From positions 6,361 to 70,360 of the forward strand of contig JAGVQM010000012.1 of NCBI GenBank assembly GCA_020051695.1: a stretch of 64,000 nt of DNA, read 5' to 3'. The translations under genes were made by a program, and so were the position numbers. The notes under the pieces are model-generated. The model ran no database searches, had not been told where the DNA came from, and was given only the letters and a program-made list of their open reading frames with translations. This document shows, piece by piece, positions 18,895-28,958 of the stretch; the stretch's first letter is position 1, and every line of letters starts with the position of its first letter. The DNA comes from Candidatus Zixiibacteriota bacterium (lineage in GTDB: Bacteria > Zixibacteria > MSB-5A5 > WJJR01 > JAJRUJ01).

Positions 18895-19884
18895 TCACAA
18901 CTCCTTAGGCACGGCATGCAGGGCGATGCCGCCGTGCCCCAGCCAGGCGCGGCTGAACGCCCGCCGGTCATAGGCAATCATACCCGTATTGACGGTGCGT
19001 CCTGCCGGATCGTTGACCAGCACATCGCCGCTCTCGGTAAAGCCGCGCACGACCAGCAGATGTCCGCCGGTCTTTGCTATCGGCGCTCCGGGCAGTCCGC
19101 CCGATCCAAAGGCCAGCGAAGTAATCACGGGGCGTCCTGCCTTGACACTGCGATAAAGCTCTCCCACCGAACGGTGCCGCTGCACCCAAGCGCGCAGTCC
19201 ATAGCTGGACATGGCCGCGACAGTCAGCGACCAGTTGCCGTACAATTGGTGTCGGCGATCATAGGCCAGGCGCGCTACTTGCTGAACACCGGCCTCAATC
19301 CCCCAGAAGCGCAGCACCATTGTCGCCGAAGTGGGACAGCACAAGGAATCATCGGCGGCGGTGCCCTCGGCAAACTGCGAGATAAACTCCACCGGAAGTG
19401 CGACGGGCGAAAAATCCGCTGGGCCGTCTGCCGAAAACTCGATCTCGTTTGTTACCGCTTCCGAATTATCCAAAGTGACGCCAAGCCGGATTATGTTGGC
19501 CGTTTCATCACCCGAATGCTGCTGCGAGATGATCGTCAATTCGCGGATTGCCGTGCCGAGGCGCAAAACATCGACATGCACCGGCGGGGGAAATTTTTGT
19601 CCCTCAGGGACGGCTGCTGAAGGCGCCGCCCATTCGATCAGCGGCACACACGTTGTCTCCCTCTCGCCCACCCGAAACTCGATCCGGCCCTTTGCTCCGG
19701 CAGTCCCGTTTGGGGAAAGGATTACCCGGTCAAAGGGGGCGGACACGCGGATGACGGGATAGCGGTATTCCCGACAGCCCGCTGAGATGCCGCCTTTCAG
19801 GAAAACCGTCGCGGGCATCCCCGCGATGGTCTGCCCGGTATACTGTGCCGGGAAATCCGCCATACCCGTGAATGTAACTACCAA
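18895..19884 (-). CDS. C39-like cysteine peptidase
   Basis: SQF...LCCPTSATMVL (Cys), GHLLVVRGF (His), VNDPA (Asp); start uncertain. Confidence 0.8.
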   Translation of the reverse strand: MVVTFTGMADFPAQYTGQTIAGMPATVFLKGGISAGCREYRYPVIRVSAPFDRVILSPNGTAGAKGRIEFRVGERETTCVPLIEWAAPSAAVPEGQKFPPPVHVDVLRLGTAIRELTIISQQHSGDETANIIRLGVTLDNSEAVTNEIEFSADGPADFSPVALPVEFISQFAEGTAADDSLCCPTSATMVLRFWGIEAGVQQVARLAYDRRHQLYGNWSLTVAAMSSYGLRAWVQRHRSVGELYRSVKAGRPVITSLAFGSGGLPGAPIAKTGGHLLVVRGFTESGDVLVNDPAGRTVNTGMIAYDRRAFSRAWLGHGGIALHAVPKEL

Positions 19885-19899
19885 CGCGGGAAGGACAAC

Positions 19900-19935
19900 A
19901 AAAAAACCGGCCCCGGAATCCGTTCCGGGGCCGGT
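19900..19935 (-). terminator. Intrinsic terminator after the PorV-like gene
   Basis: 13-bp stem ACCGGCCCCGGAA/TTCCGGGGCCGGT with a T run on the minus strand. Confidence 0.85.
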
Positions 19936-19960
19936 CCGCTTCCTTGCGTCCTACACGGGA

Positions 19961-20980
19961 TTAGAACTGAAGTTTAACCGTGTAGAATTGTTTGTCGTCG
20001 AAATACTCAGTCTGGGCCCACGAATAATCGAAGACCATCCGGGTTTCGCCGATATGGAAGGCCAACCCGAGGCCGAGGGTCAATCCCTCGATATACTCGT
20101 CCTGGCTGGAATATGAATACCCGCCACGCAGAAAAATGGATTCGTTGTAGCCATATTCACCGCCGACCCGAAGCTCGTCGTTGTTGAAGTTGTTGCTTTG
20201 GTAGGTGCTGTTCAACACGACGGCGTTACGGTTCTGGTTGACCAGTTCATAGGCCATGCCCAGTTGGACCGAGGACGGCAATTCGAAAGTCGTCGATTGC
20301 GTCCGTACGGTCTTGCTGGGCGAGTTGGGATCGCCGCCCGGCATCTGGATGTCGACTTCGAAATCCGGCCCGTCGAATCTCATTTCCGGGCCCCAGTTTT
20401 TGATTACGGCACCAAAGGTCAGGCCGGCGAAATTCGGGTTGTACGTAAACCCGAAATCAAAGGCCATGCCCGAAGCATTCTCGCGAAAGATGCTCTCGTT
20501 AAGATACATGACATTGGCGCCGAAGGCGACGCGGTCGGTCAGCCGCCGTGAATACGTGAGGGCAAACACGGAAAACGCCGGGGCAAATACCTCACCCGTG
20601 CCTTCCGGGAACAGCTCACTGGTTACGGCGATGTCGTCCATAGTCAGCACTTTGGCCGAAAGACCGACGGTACCGAAATCGCCCAGACGAGTGGCAACCG
20701 CGGCAAAGTTGACATTGATGTCAGCGATATAGGACTGGTGCGAGAACGCCGCCTCGGTGCCTTCAATTTCGGCCACACCGGCGGGGTTCCAGAAAATAGC
20801 TTCGGTCCCCGTAATGCCGGCGATTGCGGCGCCGCCCATGGCGATACCACGAGAACCGACGGGGATGCGCAGCTCCTGCGCTCCGGCGGTCCCGATGCGT
20901 CCCTCGTTACCGGCAAACGCCGACGCCGCCATGGCCAACACCACAATCGTGCAGCCGATTATCTGCAACGTCTTTTTCAT
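19961..20980 (-). CDS. PorV/PorQ-family outer-membrane protein
   Basis: GT.GAQ.L.IPVG.RG.AMG...AIFWNPAG signature, beta-barrel, terminal Phe. Confidence 0.88.
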   Translation of the reverse strand: MKKTLQIIGCTIVVLAMAASAFAGNEGRIGTAGAQELRIPVGSRGIAMGGAAIAGITGTEAIFWNPAGVAEIEGTEAAFSHQSYIADINVNFAAVATRLGDFGTVGLSAKVLTMDDIAVTSELFPEGTGEVFAPAFSVFALTYSRRLTDRVAFGANVMYLNESIFRENASGMAFDFGFTYNPNFAGLTFGAVIKNWGPEMRFDGPDFEVDIQMPGGDPNSPSKTVRTQSTTFELPSSVQLGMAYELVNQNRNAVVLNSTYQSNNFNNDELRVGGEYGYNESIFLRGGYSYSSQDEYIEGLTLGLGLAFHIGETRMVFDYSWAQTEYFDDKQFYTVKLQF

Positions 20981-21003
20981 TGTTTTCTCCCGTTTTGGTT
21001 CTC

Positions 21004-23958
21004 TTAAAATGTGTCCAACTGCTCGACTTCCGTGAACACCGCCATCTTGCCGACATATTCACCGCCGTCCGGGGCGGTGACGATGTAGATATACAACCCC
21101 GAGGCCAGCGGCAGACCGTGCTTGGTCAGCATGTTCCAGACGTAGAACGACTGGTCCCCGGCGGTTTTTTCGAGAGTGACCACATGGTCGCCGGCAAGGT
21201 TGAACACTTTGATTGAGCACTCGTACGGCAGGTTCGTGAACTTGACCATCCGGGTAAACTGGTCGGGTTCATACAACGAGCTGTTGAAATACGGATTCGG
21301 CACGACTTTGATCTTGCTCATGTCGTAGGCCGCGTCCGCCGCCATGTCCTGCTCGGTGACCGCCGGTGTGCTGAAGGTGAAGATATCCTCTGGTTTGTTC
21401 ACCTTATAGGTCGTATACCGGATGACTGTGCCTTCCGCCGGGACGCCTCCATTAATCTGAATCCGCCCGATCTTGAAGTCGGCATCGAATTCGTACTCCA
21501 TGACCTCGGGATGAGGCTCCGCATAGGGGACTTCGGAAGGATACGTGCGGTCGCCGGGCGACCAGTCCCCGGATTCATCATCATCGAGGAAGGCGATTTG
21601 AATCCGCACATCGTCGGAAGGATCATCCGGGGTCGCTGAACCGATATTCCAGACTTCAAACGGACAGCGATTCGGCATCAAACCGTCGGTGTTCCAATCG
21701 TAATATTCACTGCCCGCAGCGGTGAAGCGGAATTCCCAGTCGTCGGTGCCGATATGACCACGCCAGTTGAGTCGTGCGATATTGGAGCCGTCATCCGACG
21801 AGGTGTAGAAATCGTGGGTTGAGTTCCACGAATAGAAGACATTGTCCGGAGGATCAACGACGGCTCCACCGGCCCCGGCGACTTCATAGACCGTATTCAC
21901 ACCCTCGTCCGGTCCGGCAACTTTCATCTGGAAACCATCGACGATCGGGTAATCATTATCGCCGGTCTGGTTGGTCATGTCTTCAAGGAGGTACGCTCCG
22001 GTCGTTTCATCAGACAAATTCCAGAACGTCCCGCCCTCACCGTCATCCTCGAAGGTGATCTTGTAATCGTGACCGGTCAGCAACCCAGGATCGATAACTG
22101 TCGGTCGGATGATACCATCCGAAGAACCTACGGGATGGGTGACTTCAATGACCTCAGCGTAATCCAGCGGATAGACATACCCACCGGCCGGTTTTTGCGG
22201 CGCAGCGGTGATGGCTTCCGGCGCATTTTCCAGCGTTTTGGGCGTTTTCTCCGGATCGTAGGAATACGCGGTCACTGCCCAATAGTAATCATACACATTG
22301 TGCAGTGGTCCGCCCTTCCAGGCGTCCTGGGTCAGCTCGATGAAGCGACGGATGCCGCTGTCTGAACCGAATTGCACCGGGTGGTCGACAACCGCGCCGT
22401 CACTGACGACAAATTCCAGGTCGAAGATGATCCCATTGCCGTCGTTGATATCGTACGTCGCGACCCGTTTCCACGGACCGGCAACCGACTTGCCCTGGTA
22501 GACGTTGTAGCCCTGGAACGCATAATCGCCATGATCGAGTTCGGACCGGTCATCCCAGTGCAGGATGATGCTGCCGTCTCCCGGCGTGGCGGTCGCCACC
22601 GGGCGGGCCGGCGGGTCGGGCAGAATGAATTGCGCGTCAAACGCCGACTGCGCAAACAAGTCGTTGAACTTCAATGCGGTAATCGAAGTCAGCCGGTCGG
22701 AGCCCTGGCCGACCAACCCCGCGACGACAACCTGCTGGGTATCGTTCGGCGCCATCGTGAACGGGCCAGTCGACTGCATATACCGCCGGTCGGCAGGGTT
22801 GGAATCCAACCAGCCGGTCCCGGTAGTCGGATCACCGGGAAACATATAGGTGGTTACTTCGCCGGTGACCGGGTCGGTAACCGGCGCGCCGGAGGCCTTG
22901 GCGTCCAGCCCCTGCATATACCAGTAGGTTTCCTGGGCGTTGTCCGGGTCGGTGCCGTTGATGTACTGGAAAAATGAGGTCATCGGCAGCGAGGTGTAGC
23001 CATAACGCCATTCATCCAGGAAGTAAACCGAATCGGTTTCTTCGCCGGCAGCGATCGGCCCCTGGAAGAAGTCATATCCTGTCGCCGGGGGAGTGCTGCC
23101 GTAATTGGCATCGTTGTTGGTGGCATTGTAGCAATACCCCAGACTCAGATCGACATCACTGCCAACGAGGTCGTCGCCAGCGTCGCCCAGATCGGGGTCG
23201 GCCCAGACCGAGGCATACATGTTCTCAATGGTCGCTTCGCTTTTATTGATGAAGCGGAAATCCATGAACAGGCACTGGCCCAGTGAACCCGTGCGGTTGA
23301 ACGCAAAAGTCGTCTGCTGGATTTCCACACCCAAACCTGTGGCGGAACCCGCAGAATTCACGTGCACTGCCGGATCAGCGTCGTTGTAGACACACCACAG
23401 GGTCTGGTCTCCGATGATTTTGGGCCGTCCCTGGTCATCCAGGGGGGCGCCCATGTCCGACGGCCAGTTGTGGTAGTCGTCCCACAGCTCGGCCTCGTCC
23501 ACGTCACTGGGCCGGGCAGCATCGTAAAAGCCCTGGTCGCGCAGGTTTTTGGAAATTTTGTAGACCTGGAATTCGTCACGGTCGGCCTGGAATGTGCCGT
23601 TCAGCATCGGCCCGGGCGAATACGTGTGGGAGTATTCTGCCAGACTGACGCGCAGGTCGCCACCGACCTTGCCGCCCAGCCACAAGCCGCCGGCGTAGAT
23701 AACCGAAAGGTTGGTCCCGCGCGGGAAATACAAGCCGTCGGCCTTGCCGAACAACGCGCCGTTGTCGTAGGCAAACGATCCCTGGTTGGTCACGAACATC
23801 AACAACTGGTTCGCGTCGATGTAAGTTTGGTAGTCAAGCCCTGCCTGAGCCGTCGATTTATACAGGCCGAATTCGGCCCGCATCGGCGGCGCTCCCTGCA
23901 CCGCCGCTGACCACAGCAGGACCAGCATACAACAGAGTAACAGGTTTACACGCTTCAT
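21004..23958 (-). CDS. Large acidic secreted protein with T9SS/FlgD-like C-terminal sorting domain
   Basis: Signal peptide; C-terminus KIKVVPNPY...FTNLP..CSIKVFNLAG.HV.TL...WN....ASGLYIY.V; SD AAGGAGG. Confidence 0.85.
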   Translation of the reverse strand: MKRVNLLLCCMLVLLWSAAVQGAPPMRAEFGLYKSTAQAGLDYQTYIDANQLLMFVTNQGSFAYDNGALFGKADGLYFPRGTNLSVIYAGGLWLGGKVGGDLRVSLAEYSHTYSPGPMLNGTFQADRDEFQVYKISKNLRDQGFYDAARPSDVDEAELWDDYHNWPSDMGAPLDDQGRPKIIGDQTLWCVYNDADPAVHVNSAGSATGLGVEIQQTTFAFNRTGSLGQCLFMDFRFINKSEATIENMYASVWADPDLGDAGDDLVGSDVDLSLGYCYNATNNDANYGSTPPATGYDFFQGPIAAGEETDSVYFLDEWRYGYTSLPMTSFFQYINGTDPDNAQETYWYMQGLDAKASGAPVTDPVTGEVTTYMFPGDPTTGTGWLDSNPADRRYMQSTGPFTMAPNDTQQVVVAGLVGQGSDRLTSITALKFNDLFAQSAFDAQFILPDPPARPVATATPGDGSIILHWDDRSELDHGDYAFQGYNVYQGKSVAGPWKRVATYDINDGNGIIFDLEFVVSDGAVVDHPVQFGSDSGIRRFIELTQDAWKGGPLHNVYDYYWAVTAYSYDPEKTPKTLENAPEAITAAPQKPAGGYVYPLDYAEVIEVTHPVGSSDGIIRPTVIDPGLLTGHDYKITFEDDGEGGTFWNLSDETTGAYLLEDMTNQTGDNDYPIVDGFQMKVAGPDEGVNTVYEVAGAGGAVVDPPDNVFYSWNSTHDFYTSSDDGSNIARLNWRGHIGTDDWEFRFTAAGSEYYDWNTDGLMPNRCPFEVWNIGSATPDDPSDDVRIQIAFLDDDESGDWSPGDRTYPSEVPYAEPHPEVMEYEFDADFKIGRIQINGGVPAEGTVIRYTTYKVNKPEDIFTFSTPAVTEQDMAADAAYDMSKIKVVPNPYFNSSLYEPDQFTRMVKFTNLPYECSIKVFNLAGDHVVTLEKTAGDQSFYVWNMLTKHGLPLASGLYIYIVTAPDGGEYVGKMAVFTEVEQLDTF

Positions 23959-23984
23959 GCGCTCTGCCTCCTTGGCCTGAAAAA

Positions 23985-26900
23985 TCAAAGACTCACTTTG
24001 ACCCCAAAGCGGATTTGACGCGGAACGTCATAGCTGTTGGGGTTATTCTGTTTGAGTTCATACTTTTCCAACCGGTCCATGCCCGACCAGTCGGCGCCGG
24101 GGTCGTTGGCCAGCCAGTCCTGCCCGGCGTCCGTGGCCAGCCAGCCGGTGTTGCCCACCTGGCCGGTCGATTCGTACACGTCGACCGCGTTTTCCCGGTC
24201 AAGGACATTGATCACCCAGAGGTAGAAATCCATGCTGTATCGTCCGAACGAGACGATCTTATTGGCCTTCAGGTCCAGGCGATAGGTCCACGGGCCGTAC
24301 TGCGAATTGATGCGGCCGGCGGGCACCGGCGAAATCGAAGCCAGCGTCACTTCGTTGAAGATTTCCATCGGGGAATACGGAGTCCCGGAGGCGGCGCCGA
24401 AGTGGAAATTGACCCCGGCGTTCTCCAGCGGATACCATTCACCCAGTTTCGGCCCCTCGCCCTGTCCTGCGCGGACATCCACGGTCGCCGAGAGTTTGTG
24501 GCGCTGGTCAAAATCGAGCGGTGAAGCCAGCTTCGGCGTTTCTGAGACGGTCCAGACAATATTGTTCTGGGTGTTCGGCCAGGAACCTGTTCCATTGGCC
24601 CAGGAGAGACTGTAACTGACATCCAGGGCCACGCTATGGTTCCGCCGCATATTGACGGTAAATTCAAGCCCCTTCACCGTCCCGAAATCGGCGTTACCGT
24701 AGATATCATAATCACGGCCGGCCGCACCCGGAGACACCGAGTAATGCTCCAATTGAGTGAGATCGTCGATGTCCTTATAGTAGGCCGTAACATCCAACCG
24801 GGTATAATCGCCGACCTGTTTGGTCATCCCGATTTCGTAGGCGGTCGTTTTCTCCGGCGCCAGATTGGGATTGCCGAACGGGTAGTAATAGCCGGCTGAC
24901 GTCAGACGGTATTCCATATAGTCCCAGCCGACAAACAGGTTCTGCAGGTCGGGGCGCTGGAAAAATTTACCGTACGACAGGTGGAACGTGGTCTTATCAG
25001 AAACCGGGAAACCGAAACCAAGCCGGGGAGATACTTTCATTTCCGCCTTGGCATCCTCCAGGTCGGTCGGGTCGAGCACGTTGTCGTCGCCGATACCGTC
25101 ATCCGGATCGCCGAGCGGCATCCGCACCGATTTCAGGCGCTTGGTATTGGTGTTCAGGTAATCGAACCGCAACCCGCCGTTGACCACCAGGCCTTCCCAT
25201 TCGAACTTATCCTGGAGATACATCGCGAAATTCATCGGCGTCCGGGCTTCGTTCCCTTCGGACAGGGTGTCGGATTCGTTGCCGAAAATGTCGTACCCAT
25301 AATGGTCGACATCTTTGAGTCCGCCATTGTCGTACCACGTACCGTCCACCACCGAGTCTTTGAAGATCGTATTCGGAAACAAATGACGGTAGTAGCGCAG
25401 GGTGTGCCGTTGGAGATCGATACCGGCTTTGATCTCGTGGTGGGCATGGACCTGGCTGGTAATGTCGGCCTTGAAACCGTAATAGGAAGATTTGCGCTTG
25501 GTGTAATCTTCCCAGACCCAGCCCTCATCGGCAGCCATCACGCCGTCTTCATCGAGCGCGATATAGTCGCTGACCCAGGGATCGGTATCGTTGGCAAACG
25601 CCGTATGGACGCTGTCGCGCCACCGGCCGTTGCGCACAAAACCGCGTTCATCGCGGACAACGTACTCGGTCGTATCGATCAGCACACCGTCGTCATCGAA
25701 ATTCTCGACCAGGATATATCCATAACCGTAGGTCTCATCGAAGAATATTTCGTGGTCGCGGCCCGAGGGTGTGTTGGGGTTGTCCCCGCTATAATACAAT
25801 TGAGTATCGTCGAAAGTGAAGTTGGCGTCCGGACGACCATAACCCCACAAGTCATCGAAGAGGGTGCCGTCGCCGCGCTCACGTTCAGTCACGTAGTAGT
25901 TGAGCGCAGCGGTATAGAACATCTTGGGATTGACGTTGTGCACCAGCTTGGTGTAGATGGAGTTGTTATAGTCGACATACCGCGGCACGTGCGGGGTGTT
26001 GAAATAAAACGCGTGCTGGTATTCACTCCAGTCATCGAACGACCCGAGCGAGCCCGCCTTGAGCTTCATCGAATTGGTCAGGTCCCAGTTCACTTTGCCC
26101 TGCCAGGAGTAGCCGGACAACCGGTTGGAGGGCAGTTCATAGGACTTGTCGCCGTTGGCATCGGTGAACCACTTCTCGGTCGTGGCCCGTGGCCCACGGT
26201 CACCCTGATAGCGCCGCTCACCGGAAATGAAGAATGTCATCTTGTCTCCGGCGCCGGGCACGGGTCCCGACAAATCACCGGCGTACAAGTTGTAATCATA
26301 GTTCTGCGACGTGATATTGTCGGTGACAACATCGATCGAACCGGTGTAATCAGGTCCGCCGTCCTTGGTCGAAACATTGATCGTCCCGGAAGAAACCCAG
26401 CCGTATTCCGCGGGGAATCCGCCGGTGGTGATCGAGACTTCCTCGACGGCGTTCTGGTTGATCTGCGTCGTCGACAGTCCGCTCAGCGGGTCCTGCTGTG
26501 AGAAGCCGTCGACAAAATACGCCACTTCGGAACGGCGGCCGCCGCGGACGCTCATGGTGGACGGGCCGGCCGTGCTTTCACGCCCGCCCCGCGCCCGGAC
26601 TTCAGCGTTGTCCAAGAACTGGACGACACCGGCCTGATAGCCCACAATATCCTGATAGGAGCGGGTGGGCAGCGAGGAGATTTGCTCACGGTCGACAATA
26701 CGCAGGGACGAGGTCTGGTCCGGGATGACAATCGGCCGTTCGGCTTGCACACGGATCGTCCCCACCTCGACTGCCTGAGAAGCCAGCTGCATATCGACTG
26801 TGGTCGTCAAATCGACGGATACGCGGACGTTGGCCGTTTCCACCGGGCCGTACCCGACCAATTGTGCTTTCACCACATAGCTCCCGACCGGCACGGACAG

Positions 26901-27113
26901 GATAAAATACCGCCCGTCCTGGTCGGTTAAGGCGCCGAGCACGGTGCCCATGGCGGTGACCGCCGCGCCGGGAATCGGCGCGCCCGTATCCCGGTCGGTC
27001 ACTATCCCCGTGATTTTTCCTGTCGTCCCGGCCATAGCCAGCGACGCGGTCAGGAGCAGACACAGCGCGACGACGGCCAAGACAAATTTCCCATTGATGT
27101 TTGAGTTCAACAC
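23985..27113 (-). CDS. TonB-dependent receptor with N-terminal carboxypeptidase-regulatory-like domain
   Basis: TTGKITG.V.D..TG.PIPGA.V, plug VRGGR..EVAY.VDG, TGGFPAEYG..SSG.IN, SPRLG..FP, NPNL.PEKT..YE.G, PRQIRFG; start near 27113/27110 after AGGAGGG. Confidence 0.92.
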   Translation of the reverse strand: MLNSNINGKFVLAVVALCLLLTASLAMAGTTGKITGIVTDRDTGAPIPGAAVTAMGTVLGALTDQDGRYFILSVPVGSYVVKAQLVGYGPVETANVRVSVDLTTTVDMQLASQAVEVGTIRVQAERPIVIPDQTSSLRIVDREQISSLPTRSYQDIVGYQAGVVQFLDNAEVRARGGRESTAGPSTMSVRGGRRSEVAYFVDGFSQQDPLSGLSTTQINQNAVEEVSITTGGFPAEYGWVSSGTINVSTKDGGPDYTGSIDVVTDNITSQNYDYNLYAGDLSGPVPGAGDKMTFFISGERRYQGDRGPRATTEKWFTDANGDKSYELPSNRLSGYSWQGKVNWDLTNSMKLKAGSLGSFDDWSEYQHAFYFNTPHVPRYVDYNNSIYTKLVHNVNPKMFYTAALNYYVTERERGDGTLFDDLWGYGRPDANFTFDDTQLYYSGDNPNTPSGRDHEIFFDETYGYGYILVENFDDDGVLIDTTEYVVRDERGFVRNGRWRDSVHTAFANDTDPWVSDYIALDEDGVMAADEGWVWEDYTKRKSSYYGFKADITSQVHAHHEIKAGIDLQRHTLRYYRHLFPNTIFKDSVVDGTWYDNGGLKDVDHYGYDIFGNESDTLSEGNEARTPMNFAMYLQDKFEWEGLVVNGGLRFDYLNTNTKRLKSVRMPLGDPDDGIGDDNVLDPTDLEDAKAEMKVSPRLGFGFPVSDKTTFHLSYGKFFQRPDLQNLFVGWDYMEYRLTSAGYYYPFGNPNLAPEKTTAYEIGMTKQVGDYTRLDVTAYYKDIDDLTQLEHYSVSPGAAGRDYDIYGNADFGTVKGLEFTVNMRRNHSVALDVSYSLSWANGTGSWPNTQNNIVWTVSETPKLASPLDFDQRHKLSATVDVRAGQGEGPKLGEWYPLENAGVNFHFGAASGTPYSPMEIFNEVTLASISPVPAGRINSQYGPWTYRLDLKANKIVSFGRYSMDFYLWVINVLDRENAVDVYESTGQVGNTGWLATDAGQDWLANDPGADWSGMDRLEKYELKQNNPNSYDVPRQIRFGVKVSL

Positions 27114-27651
27114 ACATCCCTCCTGTTGGGAGATTTCCTTGCTGTTCCCGGCGTTTGAGCTGCACGCCGGCATTGTTCACAACTGTGGAACACTATGACG
27201 GTTCCCCCATCTCGCCTCCTTGCTCGTTCACGTTAACTACCATGTCATTCCATCCATAGCTGACAGGCATCGGCGAGCCCATTCTCCGCCGATTTCCGGG
27301 TATGGGCGCCCACCCATACCGCGACCCATTACTTCCTATCGGACAATCCCACTGTCCCTGAATAGATTAACAAAAATATTTTCCGCCGGGACTGCGGCCT
27401 GCAACGACATCTCCCCCCAATTGCAGTCTTTCCCCTCGGCAGGAAATTCCGTCGCTTGTCACGCGATGTCAAGAAAAAAACGACTGGATTCGTTCCATCT
27501 GCTGCGGCTCGCCTTGAGCCCCGCCAGTCGGGTTAAGTCCGTCTGCTCTCACCCCCCTTAACCCATTGGGCATACCACGCCCCGGGGAGTTTTATTCCCC
27601 AAATACAGTATGAAAATTACCGGAATTGAAGCAGGAGAAGAGGGTTGTCTA

Positions 27652-28848
27652 TTAAATTGTTGAGACAAAATCTCTTAAGCGAGAAAGAGCGAGTTGAATA
27701 TTTTTTACAGAATTCGCGTACGACAGCCGCAGGAACCCCTCACCGAAGGCGCCGAACGACGTCCCGGACAATATGGCCACCCCGGCTTCCTGCAGGATCC
27801 TATTTTCCAATTCGTTCGAGGTCAAACCCAATTTTTTCACATTGGGGAACACGTAGAAAGCCCCGGCGGGGCGCAGGCAGGAAATCCCGGGAATTTCGTT
27901 TAGCCCATCCACGATGACATCGCGGCGTTTTTTGAATTCCGCCACCATTTGCTGCGGTTTGTCCTGCGGGCCAAACAGCGCTTCGGGAATGATGCGCTGG
28001 GTAAATGCCGCCGTACATGAGGCGCAGTTTGTCTGCAACCGCGTGACCGCGTCGGCCAGTTTGGCGGGCATCACCCCGTACCCCAGTCGCCAACCGGTCA
28101 TCGCATACGTCTTGGACATGCCGTCCAGCAAGATCGTCCGCTCAGCCATCCCCGGAATCGACAGGATGCTCTCATGCGCGCCGTCATAGACAATGCGGGA
28201 ATAGATCTCGTCGGAAAAAACCATGATATTATGTCTAATCGCAGCGTCGGCGATCGCTTCAAGGTCGGCCCCGGTCAGGACACCGCCGGTCGGATTCTGC
28301 GGTGAATTGATGATGATCATCCGCGTGCGCGGTGTGATCTTGCCCAGCAGCTCATCGATGTCCATGCGAAAATCGTTTTCCATCCGCAATTGAATGGGGA
28401 CCGGGCGGGCGCCGATGAAATTGATCACAGATTCATAGATGGGAAATCCGGGATTGGGGTAGATCACTTCTTCATCCCGGTTGACCAGGGCCAGGATTGC
28501 ATAAAACATGACCGGCTTGGCGCCCGGTGTAATCACCACGTTTTCCGGACCGCAGGCGATCCCGCGGGTTTGCCCGGTGTAGGTGGCGATGGCCTCACGC
28601 ATATCGGTCATACCGGCCGCCGGGGTATAATGGGTATAGCCGCCGCGCAGCGCACGTACAGCGGCTTCAATGATGTTCTCCGGCGTATCAAAATCGGGTT
28701 CGCCGATTTCCAGATGCACGATCTCGCGTCCCTCGGCTTCCAACGCCTTGGCTTTAGCCAGGACAACAAATGCCGTTTCAGTCCCCAGCCGCGCCATGCG
28801 ATCGGCAAAAGGGATGTGGTATTCAGCTCTATCCGGTTTGTTTCCCAT
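27652..28848 (-). CDS. PLP-dependent class I/II aminotransferase (AspC-like)
   Basis: IGEPDFDTP, NSPQNPTG, SDEIY, SKTYAMTGWRLG, GAFY.FP. Confidence 0.93.
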   Translation of the reverse strand: MGNKPDRAEYHIPFADRMARLGTETAFVVLAKAKALEAEGREIVHLEIGEPDFDTPENIIEAAVRALRGGYTHYTPAAGMTDMREAIATYTGQTRGIACGPENVVITPGAKPVMFYAILALVNRDEEVIYPNPGFPIYESVINFIGARPVPIQLRMENDFRMDIDELLGKITPRTRMIIINSPQNPTGGVLTGADLEAIADAAIRHNIMVFSDEIYSRIVYDGAHESILSIPGMAERTILLDGMSKTYAMTGWRLGYGVMPAKLADAVTRLQTNCASCTAAFTQRIIPEALFGPQDKPQQMVAEFKKRRDVIVDGLNEIPGISCLRPAGAFYVFPNVKKLGLTSNELENRILQEAGVAILSGTSFGAFGEGFLRLSYANSVKNIQLALSRLRDFVSTI

Positions 28849-28958
28849 TTCTCACCTGTCCTCCGGTTTCGCGCCGGAATGATGCTGACCCCGATTATGG
28901 GGGCACCGACATCGTCCGCTCCATCCGCCGTACAGTATCGTATGCGCGAGGGACGCCG

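Noticed and set aside
24981..26501. 506-aa plus-strand ORF and many similar antisense ORFs (e.g. 14356-15330, 40612-41640, 3337-4221)
   Set aside because: Shadow frames opposite well-supported genes in GC-rich DNA, with no recognisable motifs.
27399..27416. GG-N10-GC (GGGAGATGTCGTTGCA) upstream of the TonB receptor as a sigma54 promoter
   Set aside because: Good -12 but poor -24 match; not supportable alone.
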